Of a stretch of DNA of 63,586 bases, positions 1-9,529 are shown in pieces. Each line of letters opens with the position of its first letter. The first letter of the stretch is position 1. Below the pieces are notes generated by a model that was not told the DNA's origin, searched no databases, and worked only from the letters and a program-made list of their open reading frames with translations. Location: assembly GCA_028719205.1 (NCBI GenBank), contig JAQUKH010000011.1, positions 1 to 63,586 of the forward strand. Direction: 5' to 3'. Source of the stretch: a bacterium. Its GTDB lineage: Bacteria > JACRDZ01 > JAQUKH01. Both the position numbers and the translations under genes were made by a program.

Positions 1-598
1 GCACATCCTTTTTACCGCCAAAACCCGAACCTTTGCCGCCACTACCGCTGCCACTGCCGCCGCCGCTACCGCCGCCGCTACCCCATGCCGGCCCGCGGCT
101 TTCCGACGAACCTTCATTCGGACGGCCAAATGATGAAGGTAAAGCAATATTTGCTCCACCGCCGAGATCACTTTCTCCCCCACCAGTGCCGATACCACCT
201 TCTCCCCCGCTTAATCCTTCCATTTGCGCGGGCGGCGCCATCCCCCCTAATCTGTCCCTTAACAGATCTCTTTCTTCAACCTGCACCGCATCCATTGGTT
301 TTATTTCTTCCACCTCCATAGACGCCTTGGGAACATCTGTCTGCTGAACATTTGGAGCGTCAACCTTAACTTCTGTCTTTTGAGGCTGAATCTCTTCTTT
401 TGGGGGCTCTGCTTCCGGAGACGGAGGAAGCTTGATCATAGTAAACTTTAAATAAGCCTCTTTGGCTACATCTAACTTCGAAACTTTATTTATATTTAAT
501 ATAATAATAAGAACCAAATGGAAAAGAATAGCGCCAAGAAAAAAGTTATGGAAACCTATCTCTTTTTTTGCTTTTATAGGTTTATTCAAATCCTCCAT
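1..598 (-). CDS. TonB-like energy transducer / Pro- and Gly-rich membrane-anchored protein (partial, 3' end outside window)
   Basis: Open frame from ATG at 598 (MEDLNKPIKAKKEIGFHNFFLGAILFHLVLIII...) to the window edge. It has a single TM helix with a conserved His, then a Pro/Glu-rich and GSGGG-rich linker, and lies immediately downstream of exbD. Absent from the ORF track because it has no stop in the window. Confidence 0.6.
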   Translation of the reverse strand, partial: MEDLNKPIKAKKEIGFHNFFLGAILFHLVLIIILNINKVSKLDVAKEAYLKFTMIKLPPSPEAEPPKEEIQPQKTEVKVDAPNVQQTDVPKASMEVEEIKPMDAVQVEERDLLRDRLGGMAPPAQMEGLSGGEGGIGTGGGESDLGGGANIALPSSFGRPNEGSSESRGPAWGSGGGSGGGSGSGSGGKGSGFGGKKDV

Positions 599-601
599 TT
601 A

Positions 602-1000
602 TTATTCCCTCAATAAAGCCGCTATACCAACATTCTTAATATTTTTATATTTTAAAATTCCCATCACCCTGACTACATCACCATGAGTAATTCTTTTATC
701 AGCCTTAATAATTACAGTCGCATCTTTTCCAACCTCATCCAGTTTTCTCTCAAGCTCCCCATAGGTAACAAGCACACCGTCAAAGAAAACCTGTTTTTCA
801 ACATTTATCTCTACTATATTTGGTTTATGAGTCTGTTTTGATACTGCTCTCGAATCAGGCAGTTTTACATCTAATTTATCGTCAAGGGGTAAAAAATTAT
901 ATCCGATCATAAAAAACGTTAAAAGTAAAAAAACCATATCAGTCATTGAAGTCATCTCAACCCTGGCTTCTTCTTTTGAACGTAAACTTTTTATAGCCAT
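602..1000 (-). CDS. exbD: ExbD/TolR biopolymer transport protein
   Basis: MTSMTDMVFLLLTFFM TM motif with conserved Asp; C-terminal IKADKRITHGDVVRVM motif. Confidence 0.92.
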   Translation of the reverse strand: MAIKSLRSKEEARVEMTSMTDMVFLLLTFFMIGYNFLPLDDKLDVKLPDSRAVSKQTHKPNIVEINVEKQVFFDGVLVTYGELERKLDEVGKDATVIIKADKRITHGDVVRVMGILKYKNIKNVGIAALLRE

Positions 1001-1003
1001 TAA

Positions 1004-1735
1004 TTAATCCCCCAATTCATCCAATAACCGGAGAGAAATTTCTTCCAGCTCTACCGCAATATTATCAAGTTTTCCAACAAAATAAAAATACGCTAAAGTC
1101 AGCGGTATTCCAACAAACAGTCCTGCCGCGGTAGTGATCAACGCTTCTGAAATACCACCGCCGATCAAATCCGGCCTGCCGCTTCCTGCAGCAGCGATAA
1201 CATTAAAGGCTTTTATCATTCCTGTTACCGTTCCAAGAAAACCAAGCAGAGGAGCCAAATTAGATAAAGTTGAAAGCATTCGCAGCCGGTCACCCATATT
1301 CGCTAACTCTAACGCGGCCGCCGATTCAATGGCCTTTTCTACTGCGTCTATCCCTTTCTTATGTTTTAGTAATCCCATACGGATAATTCGCGCTAAAGGT
1401 GTCTTTTTGCTTTCACATAAAGCTATAACCTTTGCTATATCTTTTTTCTTCAAAAGCGTGTCTAATTGGGAAACGAAAGTTGGAGGAAAAATCCTTTTCA
1501 TTCTGAGTTTAATGCCTTTTTCAAGAACTATAGCGAGCCCCAGAACAGATGTCAAAAATATCGGATACATAACCGGGCCACCCTTATCCATCTGGTCGAT
1601 CAGCCATCCGGGAGCATCATCCTTTCCTGCGTTAGGAGGAACATTTGGTAATTCAACATCTGCTGCCAGAGCTGAAAAACCAAACATAATAAAAAGGATC
1701 AAAAATATAATAAAAATTTTTTCTTTTACACCCAT
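1004..1735 (-). CDS. exbB: MotA/TolQ/ExbB proton channel protein
   Basis: GGPVMYPI, APLLGFLGTVTGMIKAF and GISEALITTAAGL motifs. Confidence 0.93.
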   Translation of the reverse strand: MGVKEKIFIIFLILFIMFGFSALAADVELPNVPPNAGKDDAPGWLIDQMDKGGPVMYPIFLTSVLGLAIVLEKGIKLRMKRIFPPTFVSQLDTLLKKKDIAKVIALCESKKTPLARIIRMGLLKHKKGIDAVEKAIESAAALELANMGDRLRMLSTLSNLAPLLGFLGTVTGMIKAFNVIAAAGSGRPDLIGGGISEALITTAAGLFVGIPLTLAYFYFVGKLDNIAVELEEISLRLLDELGD

Positions 1736-1776
1736 AAAACAATTCTCCTTTCTACATTCTTACCCATGATACGTTA

Positions 1777-1805
1777 AGTATATATTAACTGTCTGTAGCT
1801 GTCAA
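1777..1805 (-). promoter_or_regulatory. sigma70-type promoter for exbB-exbD-tonB
   Basis: TTGACA-17 nt-TATACT on the minus strand; AGGAG SD ahead of the exbB ATG. Confidence 0.7.
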
Positions 1806-1821
1806 TTATTTTCAGTTTTAC

Positions 1822-4017
1822 TTATTTCAATCCCTTTTTTTTCCTCAAATACCATTCAGAAGCAAGTAAAGTTATGAATAAACAAAAAATAAAAATATTA
1901 TCCCATAAAGAAAGATCATATAATATTTTTGCCATAATTTCCCGGCCCTTAATATCGTCCTTAAATTTGCTTAGCTTCAAAGGATCCAATTCATTTGCTT
2001 TATAAAATTTACCATGGCTTTTATCTGAAATTTCTTTTAAAAATTTATCATTTATTATGACATTATCCCATTCAGTCAGATCTTTTTTGACAAATATTTT
2101 TTTCACAGCCTTGCCTATAAAACCTTTATTGCCATTGGCTTCAGCCGTGATCTCAAACTCTCCGGATGCCAGAGGTTTATATTCCGCTTTTAACAAACCT
2201 TTATTCCCGCCATACGATATAAAATTAATAATATCTTTATTTTTCGATCGCATTTCCTTAATAAAACCGGTTACCTGGAAGGAAACCAGGTCTTTTTGAT
2301 ACACCAAAGCTGCTAAATTGACTATTTCACCCGGAGAATATATAAATTTATCCGTTTCAATATCAAAGGCATCTCCCTTAACCGAAGTGAGCCACGACAA
2401 TATACGGCTGAAAAAGCGTTCATAATACTCAGAAGTTTTACCTATTCCTGTCATTAAAAAATCCCACCGCCACAGGTCATTTGCCATAATTGCCATTGTT
2501 CTTCCCCTGCCGTAAGACTGTACCGCCCAGATAATATCATTTTTATTAACAGAACGTACTGCCAATACCAGCGCGCCCGGTTTACTTTTATTAATAATAT
2601 TATATCCCTCAAGTACCGGTAATTCTTTCCAGATTTGTGTATTCTTTATCGAATCAGGCATCAGTTGTGTTACAGGATGAACTTTCCCGCTACCGGTCAA
2701 TTCAAACAAAAATTTACCTTCGTTAAATAAAGGCTCTTCTCTGTTAAAAACCACAGGTAAAATATCTTCAAGTGATGAATTATTATATCCGCCTCCCTGA
2801 AAAGAATTCCTGCCTCCAAGCATCAAAACGCCGCCGCCGCGCTCCCCGGCAAATTCCTTTAACCATGGAAACGCGTATTCCGGAATTTTCTTCCTTTCAA
2901 TATCATTAAAAATAATAAGGTCGTATTCAAACAATTCTTCTTTTTTTTCAGGAAAACGGTCTTTCCCCTCATTTTCTTCCAGTTTAATAAAATCATTTTT
3001 ATTTTTTGAGACTAAGAATCTGGCCTTGATATCAGGTTCTTTTATTAAATATTCATGCAAAAATTTATACTCCGGAGACGGAGCGCCGGCGAGAACAAGA
3101 ACATAAAGTTTCTCTTTTTTCACATCCAGATAAAACTCCTCTTCATTATTTTTCGAGATTGCCTCACTCCCCTCAACAGGTATCGATATTAAATAACTAT
3201 GCGGGCCTGTTTTTTTCGGAGTAAATTCCAAAGACAAAATATTTTTACCGGGTAAAATTCTGAATTTTTCTTTTTTAATTTCATTTCCATCCTCTTTGAG
3301 AACACAGAATATAGTTTTTGTCCCAAAACCAAAAGAATTAATAACAAAATTTATAGTTACCTTTTTATCCAGAAATGCCTTTTCGGGCGTATTTTGAAGT
3401 TTAATACTTATATCCCTGAGTATTTTCTCTTCCCCCGGGCTTATTGTAAAAACAGGATACGGAAGTTCTTTAACCAATTTAAGCGTATTTTCAGGATCAT
3501 TATCGATCCCGTCACTTAAAATAAAAACTCCTGAAATAGTTTTTATATTAATTTTCTTATTAATCAGAGATAAAGCGCGATAAAAATCAGTGTTAGAATC
3601 ATTGATCTTAAGCGAATCAATATCATTGAGGCTGATCTCATTCAGCCCATTGGAAAACGAATAAAAAGAGAGGGCACTCTTTTTTGACATTTCACTGAAA
3701 TTTTTCTTTTCCTTAAATAATCCTTTCAGCCTGGACAACCTGTCTTTCCCCGTTTCATCCGCGATTCCCATGCTTCCCGAATTATCAATAAGAAAAATAA
3801 TATTATTTTTTTCGATTTTTTCTTTGATTATTGATATTGACGGCTGAAGCAGAATAAATAAAATGACAAAAATTGCCGCCAGGCGCAGGGACAAAAGTAT
3901 TGATCTTAACCTGCCGGTTAAACGCCAATAAGTATAAAAAGTTATTGCCCCTGCAAGTATAACCAGCGGTATAATTATAAAAACAGGAATTGTGGGTGAA
4001 AAAATAATTTTAGGCAT
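1822..4017 (-). CDS. Membrane-anchored vWA domain protein with class I glutamine amidotransferase-like (DUF1355-type) domain
   Basis: N-terminal TMs, MIDAS DNSGSMG, ILSDG, GGGVLMLGG..SF..GGY, YGRGR, and C-terminal EWYLRKKKGL motif typical of MoxR-associated proteins. Confidence 0.8.
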   Translation of the reverse strand: MPKIIFSPTIPVFIIIPLVILAGAITFYTYWRLTGRLRSILLSLRLAAIFVILFILLQPSISIIKEKIEKNNIIFLIDNSGSMGIADETGKDRLSRLKGLFKEKKNFSEMSKKSALSFYSFSNGLNEISLNDIDSLKINDSNTDFYRALSLINKKINIKTISGVFILSDGIDNDPENTLKLVKELPYPVFTISPGEEKILRDISIKLQNTPEKAFLDKKVTINFVINSFGFGTKTIFCVLKEDGNEIKKEKFRILPGKNILSLEFTPKKTGPHSYLISIPVEGSEAISKNNEEEFYLDVKKEKLYVLVLAGAPSPEYKFLHEYLIKEPDIKARFLVSKNKNDFIKLEENEGKDRFPEKKEELFEYDLIIFNDIERKKIPEYAFPWLKEFAGERGGGVLMLGGRNSFQGGGYNNSSLEDILPVVFNREEPLFNEGKFLFELTGSGKVHPVTQLMPDSIKNTQIWKELPVLEGYNIINKSKPGALVLAVRSVNKNDIIWAVQSYGRGRTMAIMANDLWRWDFLMTGIGKTSEYYERFFSRILSWLTSVKGDAFDIETDKFIYSPGEIVNLAALVYQKDLVSFQVTGFIKEMRSKNKDIINFISYGGNKGLLKAEYKPLASGEFEITAEANGNKGFIGKAVKKIFVKKDLTEWDNVIINDKFLKEISDKSHGKFYKANELDPLKLSKFKDDIKGREIMAKILYDLSLWDNIFIFCLFITLLASEWYLRKKKGLK

Positions 4018-4019
4018 TT

Positions 4020-5942
4020 TTATTCAATAAACTTCGCGTCTTTGTTTGAAATTATATTTTCAAAAATAAGTAAAATTAACACTAAAATCAAGAGTATGCT
4101 GGATATTTCTTCTTTATAATACGAAACCGTACTTATTTTTTTTGAATTACTGCCCGCGCCGGCCAATTTTTTATTTATCTCATCGGCCGGAAAATAAAAC
4201 AGTTCAGATTCTTCCAAAGCTAAATTAAGCGCGATATAGTCATTCGGTTCTTTAATTAAACTGAACCCCGGTTCTCTTTTGTAAAATTCCCCTTCTAAAA
4301 TAAGCTGCCTCTGTTTTAGATCTTTAGGCTGAGCCAGATAGTAAACTGCCTGATGCAGTAAGGGAAGATAATTCGGCCTGAGAGGAAAATCGCTCCAGTT
4401 TGAATCAAGCGATGAGGTAAAAAGCAAAACTTTTCCCTCTCCGTATTTTTTTTCAATAATAAAAGGCGAACCATCATCAAATCCGGCTAAAACCCGGGTA
4501 TCCGGATCCAAAAGATCAACCTTGGCGCTGTAAAATGAATAAAAATGGGATGACGAAAAAGACTCCGACGTGAATATCTTAAAAATCGGATGCAACCTGT
4601 CAAAAGATGTTATTTTAAAATATTTACTGGTTTCTTCCTCGCTTCCGATCTTAAACTGGGGTTTTGCCGGAAAAAGCGGAGAATTTCCGCTATAATCTTT
4701 TATTGAAATATTGTTACCCAGGGTTATTAGTATCCCGCCTCCCGAATTTAAATTTTTCAAAAGCGCGTCCTGCAGTTTCTCGTCTATACGGGATACATTA
4801 TTAAGGATTATTACAGAAAAAGGCTTGAGAATGCTATAATCCTGCCTTTGCAAAGTCAGGGTTTTCAAAACTACAGGCGAATCCTTCGCGGAAAAAAGCG
4901 CCTGTTTAATATAAAAATTCTCTTCCTCGCTGTCTTTACTATCATTAAGCAATAAAACTTGTAATGGATCCCTAACTTCAACACAAAAATAAAACCTGTT
5001 GTCTATTTTCAGGTTATCACTGCCTTCAACTTCCACAAAACCTTTATATACGCCCTTTTCAGGAAAAGAATAAAAGAATACCGCCTCTCCCTCAGAGTTA
5101 CTTTGTAAATCTATTTCTTTTTCTCCGATCTTATTTTTCTCAAGATAGATCGCGGCGCGCGGTTTCTTCTCTCTCCCGGTATTTTTAAGATGGACACTGA
5201 TCCTTGTAGTATTTCTAAAGCTTATATAATTCGGGAATTCGACACCGGTTACCGTTAAATTAGAAACCTCCGGCGGTTGAGTAAACACCGGAATTATTTT
5301 AATCCCTTCGGCAGATTTCATATCAGAAAATCCGTTCTTTTGAAAATCCGAGAAAATATAAAGTAATTTTTCGGGATTTTTCGACTTACCAAACATTTCG
5401 AACGCCAGATTTAAAGCATTCTGCCCTCTGGTTTTAGCTGAGGAAAGTTCCCTCTCCTGCAGGATATTATTTAAGGCTTGTTTATTGTTTGTAAAATCAT
5501 TGAATGAATTTTCCGGTCTTTCATTAAAAAATATTATGTTTGCCTCGTCAATTATGGATATACCGTCAATGATTTCTTTCGCCTTTTTTTTGGCTTTATT
5601 AAAAAGTGTATCCCCGCCATCCCGGTAGCCCATGCTGTAGGAATTGTCAATAAGCAAAATAACAGTTCTTGCTTCTTTTTTCCCTGATCCCAAAAAACCT
5701 AAAGATGTTAAAGGCCTTGCCAGCGCCGCGCAGAATAACAAAATAATAAGGATTCTCAAAAGCAGAAGCAGAAAAAAATCAATATTGATCCGGCTTCTCT
5801 TATTTTCTTCCATTTCTTTCAAAAAGCGGATACTGCCGAAAAATACCTGTTTGGCCTTCCTCTTCGTAAGAAAATGGATGATCAGAGGAATAGCCCCCGC
5901 GATCAAACCAAAAAGCATTAACGGATTTAAAAATGAAAACAT
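4020..5942 (-). CDS. BatA-like N-terminal double-TM plus vWA domain protein
   Basis: MFSFLNP..L.G...IPLIIH....F.S..FL BatA motif; MIDAS DNSYSMG; FSDFQ. Confidence 0.85.
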   Translation of the reverse strand: MFSFLNPLMLFGLIAGAIPLIIHFLTKRKAKQVFFGSIRFLKEMEENKRSRINIDFFLLLLLRILIILLFCAALARPLTSLGFLGSGKKEARTVILLIDNSYSMGYRDGGDTLFNKAKKKAKEIIDGISIIDEANIIFFNERPENSFNDFTNNKQALNNILQERELSSAKTRGQNALNLAFEMFGKSKNPEKLLYIFSDFQKNGFSDMKSAEGIKIIPVFTQPPEVSNLTVTGVEFPNYISFRNTTRISVHLKNTGREKKPRAAIYLEKNKIGEKEIDLQSNSEGEAVFFYSFPEKGVYKGFVEVEGSDNLKIDNRFYFCVEVRDPLQVLLLNDSKDSEEENFYIKQALFSAKDSPVVLKTLTLQRQDYSILKPFSVIILNNVSRIDEKLQDALLKNLNSGGGILITLGNNISIKDYSGNSPLFPAKPQFKIGSEEETSKYFKITSFDRLHPIFKIFTSESFSSSHFYSFYSAKVDLLDPDTRVLAGFDDGSPFIIEKKYGEGKVLLFTSSLDSNWSDFPLRPNYLPLLHQAVYYLAQPKDLKQRQLILEGEFYKREPGFSLIKEPNDYIALNLALEESELFYFPADEINKKLAGAGSNSKKISTVSYYKEEISSILLILVLILLIFENIISNKDAKFIE

Positions 5943-6851
5943 TTATTTTATCCTCGTTCTTCTTTTAGCAAGATAATTCGAAAGAGCGATATCAAACGGT
6001 GTCGAGGTCAAAAGCAGGGAATAATCAATAGCCGCCCCTCCACAATGATATTTAAAATCCTTAATAAATTCTTCGATCCTCTGGCGGTAAGCCGCCCTGA
6101 TCCGGTTTGGATCGGTTTTTAAAACCTCATTACTTTCCATATCAACAAATTCCATGGGATCATTAAAATTAAATTCTTTTTCCTGTGGATCCATTAAATG
6201 GAAAACTATTACCTCATGTTTTTTGTGCCTTAGATGTTTCATCCCGGCTATGACACGATTTGTGTCATCCATAAAATCCGATATGACAATGATAAGCGCT
6301 CTTCGTTTAATTTTATCCGCCATGCGATGAAGCACAAAACTCAGGTCTGTCTTTTCTTCAGGTTTAATATTGCTGAGAGAATTCAAAATTTCTTTTAAAT
6401 AGGCCGGCTGGCCCCGTGGAGGCAGATATGTCCTTATGTCCTTGTCAAAGGTCGTTAACCCGACAGAATCACGCTGGTTGAGCATAAGATAAGAAAGCGC
6501 GGAAGTTAAATAGACACCATACATCAGTTTGCTTACGTTACCGGAAGAATATCCCATGGACGCGCTTTTATCCAAAATTATATGGCATTTGAGGTTAGTC
6601 TCTTCCTCAAACTGTTTTACATAATATTTATCCCTTTTTCCCCAGACCCGCCAGTCAATATAGCGAATCTCATCACCCGGATTATACTGGCGATGCTCGG
6701 CAAATTCCACATTAAAACCGCGGTAAGGGCTTTTGTGCATCCCCGCTACAAATCCCTCTACAACAAGACGCGCTACCAGTTCCAGATTGGATATTTTCGC
6801 GACTACCTGCGGATCAAGATATTTTTTGTAATCGGACACTCTGTACTCCAT
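5943..6851 (-). CDS. DUF58 domain protein (MoxR-associated)
   Basis: G.H.S...G..VEF.EHRQY.PGDEIRYIDW and VKQFEEE motifs. ATG 6851 preferred over the TTG at 6863. Confidence 0.9.
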   Translation of the reverse strand: MEYRVSDYKKYLDPQVVAKISNLELVARLVVEGFVAGMHKSPYRGFNVEFAEHRQYNPGDEIRYIDWRVWGKRDKYYVKQFEEETNLKCHIILDKSASMGYSSGNVSKLMYGVYLTSALSYLMLNQRDSVGLTTFDKDIRTYLPPRGQPAYLKEILNSLSNIKPEEKTDLSFVLHRMADKIKRRALIIVISDFMDDTNRVIAGMKHLRHKKHEVIVFHLMDPQEKEFNFNDPMEFVDMESNEVLKTDPNRIRAAYRQRIEEFIKDFKYHCGGAAIDYSLLLTSTPFDIALSNYLAKRRTRIK

Positions 6852-6856
6852 TAAAA

Positions 6857-6885
6857 TTGACAATAAATTATTAGTGTGTTACTAT
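6857..6885 (+). promoter_or_regulatory. sigma70-type promoter of fadD-ribF (likely leaderless transcript)
   Basis: TTGACA-17-TACTAT, ending 8 nt before ATG 6894; no SD. Confidence 0.65.
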
Positions 6886-6893
6886 TTTTTATT

Positions 6894-8429
6894 ATGATAA
6901 CTACATTGCCCAAAATAACAGAACATCATGCAAATATTTCACAAAATAAAATTTCGATTATCTTCCAAAACAAAGAAATAAATTATACCACATTAAATGA
7001 AAAAAGTAATCAGATTGCCCATAGTTTAATAAATTCAGGGATCCATCCCCATGAGAACGCGGCCATTCTTCTCAAAAACATTCCGGATTATATATATTCT
7101 TATTTTGGAATACTTAAAACGGGCGCGGTTTGTGTTCCTTTGAACACCTTTCTCAAGGCGGAGGAATTAAAATATATTTTAAATGACTGCCGGGCAAAAT
7201 TTATTATCACTATGGATTGTTTCATGGATGAATTAAATAAGATCATGCCTGAACTCCCTCATTTAAGATCCGTGATAATACTCGAACAATCCGCAAAATA
7301 TTTGTCACTGCATAAAATATATTCAACCTGTAATATATCAAATCCGGAAATAGAAATAAAAGAAAATGACACTGCTGTAATTATTTACACATCAGGGACA
7401 ACAGGCCATCCCAAAGGGGCAATGCTGACACATAAAAATATCCTGAGCAACGTAAAAGCTATTATTGAAGTTTTAGAGATTAAAAAAAAGGACAGGGTTC
7501 TCGATATTCTCCCGATGTTCCATTCCTTTACATTAACGGTATGTATCCTTCTCCCTTTATATATGGGAATAAGTATAATCATTGTCGAATCAATTAAACC
7601 ATTTTCCAATGTACTTAAAATAATAGTTAAACACAAAGCCACGATCATCGTTTGTATCCCTAATTTATACCAGATACTGTCTCAAACCAAAATACCGGGT
7701 TTTCTCCTTATGTTCAACCCGATCAGGCTATGCGTCTCCGGAGGAGCGCCGTTACCCCCGGTTGTATTGGAAAATTTCGAGAAAAAATTTAAAATACCGC
7801 TTATCGAAGGATATGGGTTATCAGAGGCGTCGCCGGTCGTTACAATAATGCCGGAACATAAACCCCGGAAATCAGGGTCTATCGGAGTTTCGATCCCGGG
7901 TGTGGATGTTAAAATAGTAAATGAAAATCGCGAAGAACTGCCTAAAGGCGAGATCGGCGAACTTATTGTCCGGGGCCCTAATGTGATGAAAGGTTACTTA
8001 AATCAAACAGAAGAAACAGAGAAAGCAATAAAAGATAACTGGTTATACACGGGTGATCTCGCGAAAATGGACGAAGAAAATTACATCTATATCGTTGACC
8101 GTAAAAAAGACATGATCTTATGCCATGGAGTAAATGTCTACCCGCGGGAGATCGAAGATGTGCTTTACAGGCACCCTAAGATCGCGGAATGCGCCGTAGT
8201 CGGAATCAGAGACAAACACTTGAAGGAAACACCAAAGGTATTTATAGTGCTTAAAGAAGGGCTGACGGCGTCGATAGACGAATTCCACGCGTTCTTTAAA
8301 GATAAAATTGCGGATTATAAGATCCCGCATCATTTTGAATTTATGCAAACCCTTCCCAAAACCTCTACAGGAAAAATATTAAAAAAGGCGTTGCGGGACC
8401 AAACAAATAAAGGAAATACCGGCCTATGA
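6894..8429 (+). CDS. fadD: Long-chain fatty acid--CoA ligase
   Basis: YTSGTTGHPKG AMP-binding motif, EGYGLSE, TGD, PKTSTGKILK. ATG 6894 preferred over GTG 6876. Confidence 0.9.
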   Translation: MITTLPKITEHHANISQNKISIIFQNKEINYTTLNEKSNQIAHSLINSGIHPHENAAILLKNIPDYIYSYFGILKTGAVCVPLNTFLKAEELKYILNDCRAKFIITMDCFMDELNKIMPELPHLRSVIILEQSAKYLSLHKIYSTCNISNPEIEIKENDTAVIIYTSGTTGHPKGAMLTHKNILSNVKAIIEVLEIKKKDRVLDILPMFHSFTLTVCILLPLYMGISIIIVESIKPFSNVLKIIVKHKATIIVCIPNLYQILSQTKIPGFLLMFNPIRLCVSGGAPLPPVVLENFEKKFKIPLIEGYGLSEASPVVTIMPEHKPRKSGSIGVSIPGVDVKIVNENREELPKGEIGELIVRGPNVMKGYLNQTEETEKAIKDNWLYTGDLAKMDEENYIYIVDRKKDMILCHGVNVYPREIEDVLYRHPKIAECAVVGIRDKHLKETPKVFIVLKEGLTASIDEFHAFFKDKIADYKIPHHFEFMQTLPKTSTGKILKKALRDQTNKGNTGL

Positions 8430-9343
8430 AAATAATCCGCGCTATTCATCCGCTTGCCGCCGAGAATAAAATTATTCTGGCTATAGGTAACTTTGACGGC
8501 ATACATCTCGGGCATCAGGCGATATTCAAAGAGATGGAAAAAGAAAAAAACAAAATAAACGGGCAGACCGTAATCCTTACATTCGAACCCCACCCGATCA
8601 AATTTCTTGATCCCGAAAGAGAGCTTTTGCTCCTTACGCCGTTCCATGAAAAAATGGAACTGCTGGAAAAATTCGGGATAGATACGGCAATATGCGTCCC
8701 TTTCACGAAAGAATTCGCCGAAATGTCCGCTGAAATATTTATTAAAAATATACTTCATGATAGTTTGAAGGCGAATTCTATTTTTTTAGGAGAAGATTTT
8801 AATTTCGGAAAAGATAAAAAAGGCTCTTATGATCTATTAAAACAAAATTCCGAAAAATACGGTTTCAAAGTAAATCTGGTTAAAACCATATCTCTGGATA
8901 ATATTACCGTCAGCAGTACCAACATCAGAAAATTTCTCCTGCTTGGAAATGTTGAAATGGCAAATAAATTATTGGGCCGCCCGTATTCCATCAGGGGAAA
9001 GGTAATCCACGGTAAAGGGCTTAAGTTTGAAATTCCCACCGCCACACTTGAACCGCACCATGAGCTTACACCCGGCCAGGGAGTCTATGCCGTTAGAGTA
9101 GAATTTGATGGCAAAAAATATCCCGGTGCCGCGAACATAGGCCTCACCTACCCCTATCAAACCTACAAACCCACCATCGAGATACACATCTTCAATTTCA
9201 ACGAAACCATCTATCACGAATTTATCAAAGTAGAATTCCTGAAATTCATCCGCGGGGAAATAATATTCAAGTCACAGGAAGAATTAAAGGCGCAGATAAA
9301 GAAGGATATTGAAAAGATAAAGGAAGTTCAAGTTAATGAATGA
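8426..9343 (+). CDS. ribF: Bifunctional riboflavin kinase/FAD synthetase (kinase motifs divergent)
   Basis: GNFDGIHLGH, TFEPHP, VSSTNIR, LLGRPY; ATGA overlap with fadD. Confidence 0.9.
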   Translation: MKIIRAIHPLAAENKIILAIGNFDGIHLGHQAIFKEMEKEKNKINGQTVILTFEPHPIKFLDPERELLLLTPFHEKMELLEKFGIDTAICVPFTKEFAEMSAEIFIKNILHDSLKANSIFLGEDFNFGKDKKGSYDLLKQNSEKYGFKVNLVKTISLDNITVSSTNIRKFLLLGNVEMANKLLGRPYSIRGKVIHGKGLKFEIPTATLEPHHELTPGQGVYAVRVEFDGKKYPGAANIGLTYPYQTYKPTIEIHIFNFNETIYHEFIKVEFLKFIRGEIIFKSQEELKAQIKKDIEKIKEVQVNE

Positions 9344-9529
9344 AATAAAAAGATCGAATATAAAGCAAGGCCTTAAAGTCAGGATAGTATTAAAACAAGA
9401 CCAGAAAAGCGGGAAATTAACCGAAGGGGTTGTAAAGATATTTTAACAAATTCTCCTTCGCATCCTCATGGAATAAAAGTAAGATTAATTAGCGGAGATG
9501 CAGGACGGGTCAAAGAGATATGCCTGTGA
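9336..9529 (+). pseudogene. YwbE/DUF2196 family gene with a 1-nt frameshift
   Basis: MNEIKRSNIKQGLKVRIVLKQDQKSGKLTEGVV, then in the shifted frame DILTNSPSHPHGIKVRLISGDAGRVKEICL*. One A is missing in the run at 9434-9436. Confidence 0.85.

Noticed and set aside
33-347. Pro-rich plus-strand ORFs at 33-347 and 85-321
   Set aside because: Antisense shadows of the Gly-rich minus-strand TonB-like gene.
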